DNA from: Camelus dromedarius
Lineage: Eukaryota
Length of the DNA stretch: 64,000 nucleotides
NCBI RefSeq assembly: GCF_036321535.1
Contig: NC_087437.1
Coordinates: forward strand, 86,368,001 to 86,432,000
Direction of reading: 5' to 3'
Shown here one piece after another: positions 12,189 through 24,515 of the stretch (position 1 is its first letter; every line of letters begins with the position of its first letter). The translations under genes and the position numbers were made by a program. The notes beneath the pieces are model-generated. The model saw nothing but the letters and a program-made list of their open reading frames with translations, was not told the DNA's origin and did not search any database.

Positions 12189-15100
12189 ATATATATATAC
12201 AAGAGAAAGCTGCTTATGTCCAAAAAAAAGTAACATTTCATATTATGCCACCTGCTTGGTAAAGGAAGATAAAGTAAGCTAGCTGACATACTAGTAACTT
12301 CGGTGTATGTCATTGAAATGTACTGTGTCTATTTTGTAATTTAGCTTCCTATTATTTCAGTAATTGTTGCAGTTACACATCACCAGCTACCTTGGAATAG
12401 ATTAATTGAAGTTCTAAGAGGAAATGAGATGTTATTTCTGGACCTAGATTTAATAGACTGCTGTTTACACAGTTCCCCCCAGGATATCTCCATATGTATG
12501 ATTAAGAACTTATCCCTTAAAAAGCTTTTCATTTTAATGTTTGTTTTCACTCTTAGGAAAAAAGATGTTTGATAGGTTTAATGACTCTAAATCACTTTTT
12601 TTGTGTGTGAATTTCTTAGAGATTAAGATGATATCTTAATTTGCATTTATCCCGTTTAGATTTTCCACCATTTCCTTTGCTATCTAGATAGCACATGTTT
12701 GCTCAGAAAAAAAAAAATTGGCTTAATAAGACTTTAAAACATACATATTCTTGGATGTTAAACTGATGGACTATACACGGAAGTTGGACATTGCTGTATT
12801 ATTACCAAGGGTGTTCTTAATTCATTTTAGTACATCACAGAGGATACATTTGACTAGAACACTAGGAACCAGAGAAAGGATGACAGCCTGACACAAGCAT
12901 CAAGCAGTAACCTATGCTTTTGGTTTGTTTTGTTTCCTTTTTGCCAGGCTGTTCCAGTGTGCCTTCCTTTGAACCTTGACAAAAATTATGAATTGCTCTA
13001 CTTGGCAGAGCAGTTTGTAGGGGTTGTTTTGTATTTAAAATTTCGTTTGCCGGATATCACCAGGTGAGGTACCAATGTCAATGATAATTTCTAGAGGTAA
13101 GCAGGTCAGAAGAAAAGTGACTGAAAAGGTTTGAAATGTGTGAAATTTTATTATCAGATAATTTAGGTATATTGTCAATCAAATGATTTGAGATATCCTG
13201 AAGTTCATTTTTTTTCCTTCACACATGTGATTTTCATGCTTGCATCATTTTAGGTCATTCTAGGCTGATCTTCTCCAAGGATCATTTTACCTTAATCCAT
13301 AATTATTCCTTTTCTAGTGAATATACATTTACTAAGAAGCTGGAAAGTAGATTTAATATATTTGTGAAAATTTCAGTTTTCTTTATACATATAAAAACTA
13401 AGCAATGAGAAGTGCTAAAAGTATTGCTTTTAGAATATAGCTACATTCATAATTATTAAGAAACTATGTAAGACTGCTTAAGTGGTATTTTAAAGAAATG
13501 CATCACATGATTTTAGTTGACTATCTGAATACTTTATCTGCCATTCCTGTAGTTAGATTGGCTTTAGGAAGGGAGTAGGTGCTTCTGTTTTTGAGCTGTG
13601 ACTTTAATTATCAAAATTTCTCAGAGCCATACATTGGTAGAAATAGAAAAAAGAGATTGGAATTTTGTTGGAATAATGGAAAGGAAACATATTTGATACT
13701 GATTATAGAGTCCAAATTTTAAAATATTTTAATTAGATAAGCACACATATTTAGAATGTAATTCATTAGATATATGAGTGATTATTCATTAAATAATTCA
13801 ACTCAATTCATAGAAATCTTATCTTTAAGGAACACTGAAATTTACTCACTGTTATAATCGTTCTCTTTCATTACTTCCATTTCCTCCAAACCCTGGTTTT
13901 CCCCTTTAATATCTCAAAGCAAATAATATCTTCTAGTGATATAGATTGGAGATAGCCTTTCCTTGCTATGAGAATAATGAGAACGAGAGAGAAGAATTAA
14001 TTACTGCATAACTTCAGGCACTTTTCAGGGTATTCAGTTCTCACTGACATTTCACAAAACCCTGGACTCTTATTGGGTCAAATTAGCCAAATTTTTTTTT
14101 TTGGTGTTTATTTATTTGCCTATTATTTATTTAGTTTAAACTTGTTATTGAAGTATCATATATACACAGAAATGTACATGTATCTTACATGTACAGCTTG
14201 ATGAATTTTTATAAGCTGCTACCTGTGTAACCAACACAAAAAACAGCTGAAGCTTGTTTTTTTTTTTTCTTTTTTTGCAAATTCTGTCAGCTCTATTTCC
14301 CATGATCAAATACTTACCCTACCCCAAAGATAACAAATTCACTTTATTTCACTCTACAATACTTCTGAAAAAGAATGAATTGTTCCCCAATGTAATGAAT
14401 CAATATGCTGATGTATTCCAGACAGGAAGTATGCAGAACACAACTCTTTGAATTACTGGTTTAGCATGAGTTTACAAAAAGAAGGAAATTATCTCCATAA
14501 TAGGATCAACTTCTGGAAGATCCAGAGCATACACAGATTTGGATTTTAGCAAGATAATACATTCTTCACCACAGCAAAATGTGATGATTATGAAAGAGAA
14601 GTCCCTATTCCAAGCAAAATGGTTCTTTTTAATATAATCTGAGTTCAGTAAATTCCTACTACATTGTTATCTGTCCAACATAGTTTACTGCACTTTATCT
14701 CTTTATAATATTTTCTTGGAATTCTGCAGACTTAAAAGTTTATTCTATCACTTTTTCTTTGTCCCACTTGAGGTAGATTTGTGCCCTATTGCAAAAGGCA
14801 CCTCTGTTACTATGACCACTGTATATGGAATAAGAAAGCGTATAGGATTCTTTCTTGCCTTATTTAGTAATTATCTGAAGTCTTGACTTTTTAACTTAAA
14901 TTACCTTTATTTTAACTTAACTCAGATGACTCATAGTTATGCAATTATTTTTCCTATTCCCTGTGTCTTTTTTCAATCATTTTGCTTTGCTGGTCCCTTG
15001 GAAACTTTAATGCTGATTCACATTAAAGAATCCTAAAAGCCTTTAATCTCATTAAAGTATCTAAAAATTGTTATTTTTCAGTCCAGCATCCTTGAGTTTT

Positions 15101-18100
15101 TTCTTTCCCCTTAGTAGCTACATATATGTGCAGTCTTAATAGCAACAGGCATTGGCAGAGCTCAGATAGCCCCAAACACATGATTTTATCTTTTAAGCTC
15201 TCCTTCTGTATACTCTAGTGTAGTGATTTATGCAGTTAGTGTTTTGGAAGGTTTTTGAAATTAAGCTAATATTTAAAAGTTTTCGACTTCCTTACCATGC
15301 AAAAAGGCTTAATTATGTTTGCAATCATCCAGATGCTATCTTGTATGTCTCTGTGAGTGGTTCCTTCCTGACATATGTGAAATCATAGGGAAAATATGCT
15401 TTTTGATGGATAAACCAGTCACGAAATTGTAACATCTTTTACTAATCATGTATGGATACAGCAAAAAAAAAAAAAAAAAAGAATCTTAATGTCATAGTTT
15501 GTAAAAGGCTCCAGGAGAGAGACAATATGCCTAATATTTATTTGTATATGTCTGTTAATTCCAGTATTTTAAAGAATGCCTTCAAAACAAATGCCAAAAG
15601 ATAGAAAATTATCAAAGCATCTGTTCATTGGGAAAAAAATTCTCCAAGAATAAGCAAGAAAATACAACTTGATTTTAAACATACATGTAGCCAGAGATAA
15701 TACACGAACAGCCTAATTCTGCCCTACTGTTTTGTTAATTCCAGGGAAAGAATAGTTGACTATTTCAACATACTGTTGTTTGCCAGTACGAGAGAAAAAG
15801 AATAAGATAGTTTTCCATATTTCTCATTACTGAGGCTCTCTCTTTGTCCATTGCTTAGATTTTCAGCTGAGTTTGATTTCCGGACATACGATTCAGAAGG
15901 TGTTATCCTGTATGCAGAATCTTCTGATCACTCAGCTTGGTTCCTGATTGCACTTCGTGATGGAAAGATTGAAATTCAGTTTAAGAATGAATATACAACC
16001 AAAATAACAACTGGAGGCAAAATTATTAATAATGGTCTATGGAATATGGTATGTTTTGCAGAATTCATAGAGATTCTTTCCACTTTGATGCAGTTTGTAT
16101 AAAATCATTAATAATTTTTTAAAATAGTGATACCAAACCAAAATGGATTTGGGTTTATCTGATGTGTGAAGTATATCCTACACACTGTAAATCCCTGAAA
16201 CAGCCTGAGAAATGGTCACCTCTATTAAAATATTTCAGATTTCACATAAATGAAGTTGTTTTCAACTATTTGCTTGAACTACTTTGTCTTCAACTTTTTA
16301 CCATTTTTAGTGGCTATCATTGGATGAACAGTGATATTGCCCTGACAGATCAGAGGTTATGCAAAGACAGCACTGATCAAAGACATCTACACTGGATAGC
16401 CATCAATATCTTTAACATGAAAGAGAAATACACACAGTAACAAAATCAAAAGGGTTAATTTAATTTTAAATGTTAGCAAATAAATGTAATCAATTTATAC
16501 AAACAGGATGCACTAGCTGGTACTAATCATAGTGCTTAGAAACTAGCATTTTTACATAATGACCCTTTATTTTAATAATCAAAGCAGCAGTTTAATCTAC
16601 TGTATTAAAATGGACCTGTTTTTGGAGAAAGGATTATTTGGAGAAGGAATACTATTAGTCTACAGTGGGGAGAATTCTTCTCTGCAGTTAAGTCACTGCT
16701 ACTTTCAGCAGAGAACAGCTGGGAGAAGGTCAGCTTCACCTTAGAATGTTGGGCCCAAAGGAGATACTTCCTAAGCCTATGGGAGCTGAGGAGAGATCTC
16801 GGTTGAGCAATCATATAAAGTCATCACTAAATTGTTTCATTCTTGTATTTGGCCACTCTTGCAATCATATATTCAATAAGCTTTTAGTGAGCATGTTTAA
16901 AGTGCTAAGTTCCTGGGTTCAAGGCACTAGAACTGTAGCAAGAGATTGTCCTTGCTCTTGAGCTCAGGTCCTCACAGTTTAGTAGCTGATGCTGCTTTAT
17001 GAACTGATACAATGTAATGTGAAATGTGTTACAGTTGAGGTGTTAATAAAGAACAATTGGGTACAGCTGTGGTTCACCAAAAAGGGGGCTATCTGCCTTT
17101 TCGCAGCCATGGATTTTTGGGCTTCTAACCCTAAAAGAATAGTGTCTTCACTGGATCATATGCAATTGTTAGAGAAGTCACTAAAGTTCTGACTTCTGAT
17201 GCTTGTTAGTGTAGCTTTGTTAATAGATCTTTCCTACTGCATCTGTATCTAGAATATTTGGTGCATACAGCTATTCCTCCAGTGTGCTGAAGAGTACACT
17301 TTAATGCCCACAGTTCCTGAATCACCTATCTAAAATCACTGTAATCACTTTTCAGCAAAAGAAAGCAAAGATAGAATTTTTTTCCAATGAGTTTATACAG
17401 ATTGAAAATATCAGCTGTTTGAAGGTGAATTTAGATAAATTTCTAGGTATAAAGAAGAAGGTAAATGCTTACCTGTGAAGTTAACATCATGAGTGGCAGG
17501 TAGTGTTTACTAAAGAATTGTTCATGAATGGTATTGTTAAAGGTAGGATGCAGGCTGGACGGAAGGCAGGTGTTCATTTCCATTCATCTCTGATGTTTAT
17601 GATTCTTGTTAAAAAGAAACTATCATTTAATGATATGCCCATGCTTTAATTAAAACATTTAAATGAAAATCTCCCCCTGTAAACTGAATGCAATATGTGA
17701 AAAATAAAATTTAAGGACTAAGAAATCAGAGAAAAACGTTAATCTGGTAATAAACTTGGTGCTAGTTGTTCTTCTTTAAATTGTAATTCCATATTTTAAC
17801 AATTTATGCATTTTAACACCCCTCCCTGTACGTGGGGTTTCTTTTCTCCACATATTTTATTTTTTAAATATTACTGCATGATTTTTTACTAGCTTATAAT
17901 CTTGATGGTTTATTAATGTAAAATTTGTTTCAAACAAATTTTTGTGGCACAGAAATTATTTCAAATAAATAAACATTTTAAGTAAGCATTTTAATTTTAA
18001 TTAATAATGAAGTTGTTAAATTAATCTATAAACTGGACTATTCACTTGTAGCAGTTGTTTCACTAATTTTAGTTTTTTTTTAATTTCAAATAAAATACTT

Positions 18101-21100
18101 AAGAAATGAGAAATTAAAATTGAAATGTATAACTTAGAATTGTTTTGTAATTCAGATAAATAAGACAGAATGCACAATTAAGTCATTACAATGGCTATAA
18201 CCCATAGAAATAAGTATTGCCACTTTGTAAGTGATTATTATATTTCACAGTTGGGTATAATCCTAATACTGGTTGGAAATATGTAATTTGTATCATAATT
18301 TCATTCATTCAACAAAATATCTATTGAGCACATATTTATGTGCTATTCCTTATTCTACGTGGTAGGGATGCAACAGTGAATAAAACAAATCACTGCTCCT
18401 ATGGAGCCTGTTTACTGGTGGTGAGATGAAGACCACACATGCATCAACAAATAGATATGTCAGGTAGTAATTGATGCTCTGAGGAAAAAAGAAAAGCAAG
18501 GCAGGGCAATAGAGAATGATGATGGTGTGTGTGCATCAGAAGAGCCATCTCTGATGAGATCACATCTGACCAGAGACTGGAGGGCTCAGCCACGAGAAAT
18601 TTGAGGGAGGGGAGGAGGAAAATAATTCTGTGCCAGGTGAACAGCAAGTAGAGTCTTGGGCTAGAAGGTGTGTTTGTTATATTTGAGGAAGAACACAAGG
18701 TCAGGGTAGATGCAATGGAGTAAGAGTGGGAGACAATAGCAGAGAATGAGGTCAGAAATATGGTCTTGAATAAGATCATGTAGGGGTGTGAGAACGGTAG
18801 TGAGGACTTGGATTTTATGCCAAGTAGAAAGACCTTAGATGATTTCAAGAAGTGACAGGATCTAATCTGCATGTTAAAAGATAATCCTGGTCAGGACCTA
18901 ATGGCTTTTGTGGAAACTAGACAAGAGAGAGTAAGGATACAAGAGCATATGGGATTAGGACACTATTGTAATAACACATGGAGAGAAGATGGCAGCTTTG
19001 ACTGGATTGTTGGCAGTGGGAGTGGTGAGAAGTGGTCTGATTCTGGATGTTTTTAAGGTTCAGCCTTCAATTTAAGGTAGATAAAAACTTTTGGATGTTC
19101 AGTGTAAAGAGGGCTTTAAAGGCCATGAAGTTAGTATTGTTGATCTGTGGTTTTAAACCACATCCAGCATAATGCTCTAATTATTATAGAAACAAGAAGG
19201 TAAGTTATATAAATAACATATATTCCAATATGTAAATGCTCACGTTCAAGTATAGTACTTGTTCAAGTATAGTACTTGCTCCTATACGTAGAATAACATG
19301 AAAACTACAGATGAAGACTTATGCTGGGGCACTGTATTGGCAACTCAAATACCATAAGTGCATAAATGGTGTTGCCATCAGTAATAGTAATTTTCCAAAA
19401 TGGTGAGAAAATCTTAGTAAAGATCCAAATGAAACAAACATCAATCCATTCTTGGTTTACAAGACTATTACATTCTAGAAAAATTCAGTGAATGCTAAAA
19501 CGGGGCAGCAAAAATTTTGTATGTATATATACACAAACACAGTTAATTGTATACATGAGTATACCCTACATGAATATCTAGTAGGGGTGTTCAGAAGGTT
19601 TGCAGGATAGTGGACATTTTATTATTTATTTGGCATGACTATCATGCATATTGCAGGGTGTCTAGCCTCTTGCAATGTCACCATACCTCCTACTCACTGT
19701 GCCAACTGTAAGTGCTCACCACTCCCAAATTTGCCCCAGAGTAGGGCAGCAAAGCCCTATTTTGAAGTATTTGCATGACTAGAGGGAAAAGGCCTGGGGC
19801 CTGAGCTCTGGAGCTCATTATAAAGATTGAGAAGAAGAGAAGGATCCAGCAAAGAGATGAGAAGGCATGGTAAGAGTGTGGAGGAGAAGCAAGCCAGGGG
19901 GAGGAGGTACGGGAGGCTAAGAACCTCTTTCAAGGAGGAATAATCATTAGAATAAGATGATACTGATTGGTTATATTAAGGACAGACCCTTGACCACCTT
20001 TAAACCTAAAATGTTACCTTTTTTCCTCCTTTAGAGCATAGTTTTTACCTTCCTGTAATAGTGCTTTAATATGCCTGTCGTTTGTCTTTCCTTATTGAGT
20101 AGTAAATGTAGTAAATGAAGAATTTGCATTTTGAGTGCTACAGTTTTACATGAGGTTACAGCAGTGGCTCTGCAAATTGCCTTTATGGCAGGATTTTTGT
20201 TTGTTTGTTTGTTTGCCATTACTTACTTCCAACCTTTTTAAAAAACCCAAACTACTTTCAAAATTGGAACAACCCAATTTAATTTAATGTATTGTGCTTC
20301 CTAAAGACCTCAACTACTTTTGAATTTTGAAATAAAAATAATTTGTCTGTAATAAACAAAATGCTGAATGTACAAACTTTTCTTAATATATATGGAAAAT
20401 TTATTTACATTAGTGATTTTTTATTTGTACTATTGGACAATTGCAGAATAAGAGCACTTAAAAGCTTTCCAAGATTTTGTAGAGTGATTCACTTTCTTTT
20501 TAAAACTGTTAATTTTATGGCTGACTGGGGTTGAAAGATATATATATTATAAGTGGGTGTTTAACAGAAAAATATTTATTTTAACTTTAAACTTTAAAAA
20601 TAACTTTGAAAATATGGTGTTGATTTAATGTTGATCAAGTATTATCACGTTAAAACACATTTTTATCACCTCTATACTAATTTGACATTTCAAATGTAGT
20701 CAAGAAAATTGATAACTACATTAAAATGATAACTTTGGAAAATTATGTACTGGAATAATAACAGGATTTTTCAATCTTAGTGTTGCAAATGAAGTGCAGT
20801 AATGTTTAATTACTTGATAATTTTTGTCTTTTCAATTGTAGGTCTCTGTGGAAGAATTAGAGCATAGTATTAGTGTAAAAATAGCTAAAGAAGCTGTAAT
20901 GAATATAAATAAACCTGGAAGCCTTTTTAAGCCTACAAATGGGTTTCTAGAAACCAAAGTATACTTTGCAGGACTGCCTCGGAAAGTGGAGAATGCACTT
21001 ATTAGACCGGTAATGATACAAGCTTATATCACTCATCATGGATGAATTCCTTTTGTCTGTAATAGATTTGAAAATGTGTTTTTCTGAGAGTCAAAAGAAG

Positions 21101-24100
21101 TTATTTTGTTGAACATACCAACTGTGACAACTTGAACTGAACGTGTAAAATGAACATTATCGACCCTTGAAATTATGTTAAGGAAGTAATAAAATGAATG
21201 TAGTGTTTTTGAGTCCATTTAAATTCCCAGCATTACTCATGGAGAAGTAGATTTTTAAAGATTCTCCAGGCTTCACTTCAATGTTAACATTGTAAAAGAG
21301 TCCATACTTAGCCATTAAACAAATAAATACATATATTTGAGTCCAAAAATACATTATTTTGTAGAATCCAATCAAAGAGCTTTCCTAGGTCTATTTTAGG
21401 ACTAAAATTGGGGAGATAAGAAGAGCACATAGGGTGGAACTTTTTAAGAAGAAAAATCTCTGGTGGGAATATGACTGTAGCCTGTCATAAATTGAAGTTA
21501 GATATGGTAGATGATTTTTCTGTACATGGTGTTTGTCTAACTTCTGTGGAAAAATTTTCTTGAAGGAGACCAATCACTGACCTTGAAGAGTTTTAATTTT
21601 CATTTGAAGTCATGGGTCTGCCAGTTTTATGCTTGCTGATTTAACTTAAATATTTACCATTTTATATCCATCTTTAAGTTACCTTAACTTTTAAAGGATT
21701 TCTGTGATATGATATAAAACCTGAATTAGTTAACTCATGTCAGAGTGAATATACCTGTCCTTTGAAATTGATAAATCAAGACATTTTAAAAGTAAAATAA
21801 ATTATTCAAAAAGGATCAACTATTTATGAAATGGCTACATGTCTTGAGTCTTGCTGGGTGCTCTGTGAGACTAAAGAATGCATACACTTTTGTTCCTGAA
21901 GAGGCTTAGTTTCTGATGGCAAGACAAACCTAAATTGTAAATGCAATTAAAGAAAAACAGAAAGCAGCTTAGAACCCAGGGCCACAACTAGAGGCATATA
22001 TGTTACTTGAGAGCAGAAAAGTTAATAACTGGCTGATACGGGAGAGGCAGGTAAGGCTTGAGGTATTAAAAATCATCAGGTTCCGAGAGGAGGTTTGTGA
22101 TGGCACTTTTACTGAAAAAGACCGCCCATCTGAAGGACACCTTGAAAAAAATTTAAGATAAAAATCAAAATATTTTAAACATTTTTAAGTGTCATCAGAG
22201 AAAAGATTTTCCCTTTAAATGAAAACCTTTATAATCAAGGTAAGCCACTTATGAGTCTGTATTTTTTAAGTTTAAAATGCATTCATTGATCTATATTTTA
22301 ATTTGTTAGATTAACCCTCGTCTAGATGGATGTATTCGAGGCTGGAATTTGATGAATCAAGGAGCTTCAGGAGTAAAGGAAATTATTCAAGAAAAACAAA
22401 ATAAGCATTGTCTTGTCACTGTGGAGAAGGGTTCCTACTATCCTGGTTCTGGAGTTGCTCAATTTAGCATAGATTATAGTAAGTGATTTTCCATTTTATC
22501 TCTTTTCTCATTTATGTCTAAATTTATTCATTGATACACAGCAGTGACTCCTTCAGTAAATGTCATTGAGTGCTTACTGTGTCCCAGACATAGTGTTAGG
22601 CTTATTCATACTGTTATGTATATTTTATGAAAATTTCCCAGTATATTGGGAGAAGAAAGATAGTTGAATATGCCAATGTTATTATTTAATGGTTATTGGC
22701 ACATAACCTGATTAATTTTGGATAAATTTAATTGACATTATAAGGTTCACCAATTTCTCAATTGTATTGAGTCTACTGATTAATGCATCAAAAGGATTCC
22801 TCTTTATTTCCAGCATTTCCATTTGATCCTTTCTTAAAGTGCCCACCTCTCCATTGAAATTTCCTCTCTTCATACATGTTGTCCATCCTTTCCACCTAAG
22901 TCTTCAACTTATTAATCATAATTATTTTAAATTCCTTGTCTGATAGTTCCAACATCTGTGTCATATTTCAATCTGATCATTTATTTTATTTTTTATTGAA
23001 ATATAGTCAGTTTATAATATATCAATTTCTGGTGTACAGCATAATAGTTCAGTCATACATACACATACATATATTTGTTTTCATGTTGTTTTTCATTATA
23101 GGTTACTACAAGATGTTGAATATAGTAAATAGAGTAAATCTTTTAGTTTTAATTATTATCCCAGTTTCTACTGAAGTTGAATATCTCACCATATGTTTAT
23201 TAAGTATTTGTGTATCTTAATTATTTTGTTGGGTTCTTTGTCTTTTTCTGTTTTAGGAGTTCATTATTTGAGCTATTAATATTAACTCTTTGCATTATAA
23301 ATTTAGCACTAATTTGATATCTTTGCTTTAAGGAAAAATGGTATTTTAAATGTGTTTATTTGCAGCCTTAAAGAGTATTACTGCAGTTTTAAGAAAGAAT
23401 CTTAACACTAGTGCTTAACACTATTTCTTAACATAAATCAATACAATGTCTTTAACTTTAGCTCTGTTCTGTATATGAAGGTTTTTAAAAAAAGTTTTAA
23501 TTGGGTTGATGACTGAATATAGGAGAAAACTAGGCCCACAATAATTTGTTCAAAGGAAAAAAATCTCTGAAGAGAAAATGAAAATAAGAGTTATATTATA
23601 CCTGTAAAAAATTACTTTCATAAGTAATTAGTTATTTAATGGATAGCATGAAAGTGACCTACTTTATAATTAATACTTAATGCTGCATTATAATTTCTGT
23701 ACATTTGCATGCTCATTTTAGTTTGAGTTTGTTAATATCTTGTAGTAAATTAACTTACTTTAAGATGGTTATATGTATATTTTTTTTCTTTTGGGTGGGA
23801 ATTAAAGGATTATAGTGAAAAATGTAATAGTATTAGATGTGACTAAATGGAAGAACATCTTGTCAAAAGAAAAGTATTCTCTCCATTCACATTCATGCTT
23901 TCAAAGCCTCAAAGTGCTATTAGGGCTATAGTTACATATTACTTTATATTAGACGAGGAAGACTTCATTCAGATTGTGAACTAATATTTTCAGGAATCAA
24001 ACTATTTTGAAATCATATTAATTCAACAAATATTTGGTGACTCCTGTGGAAAACAGTGATAGTAGAGGTCTGTAGAGAAGTGACTCCTGTGGAAAACAGT

Positions 24101-24464
24101 GATAGTAGAGGTCTGTAGAGATTGAAGTCTAGTGGGGTAGACAATTAACCTAGTGATTAAGAAGAATTTTAAGTATTATGACGAGAGAATCACGGAAAGT
24201 TCCTATTAGAATTTTAGAGCTGACTGTTGACTTCAGAGTATTTCTCTGCTATCAAACTATCCAACTCCTCTATGTGTAGAGATCATATTTTTCTTGCCCA
24301 CTTTGTAACCTGACCTCTATATGAAAGAGGATTGGTGGGGTGGGAGTGGCAGCTATACCCACATTTTTCCTCAGAAGGTTTGCAATAGATTTGCTTTTTT
24401 GTTTGTTTGTTTTGGGAGGGGGAGAGGTAATTAGGTTTGTTTGTTTGTTTGTTTGTTTGTTTGT

Positions 24465-24515
<51 letters not shown>

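Noticed and set aside
18444..18872. 142-aa ORF, the longest in the track
   Set aside because: Lies within an L2 remnant; no recognisable domain.
19590..19770. MER20-like DNA transposon
   Set aside because: Resemblance too weak to define the ends without a search.
24037..24121. CRISPR-like repeat
   Set aside because: Two adjacent copies with no spacer in a mammalian intron; a simple duplication.
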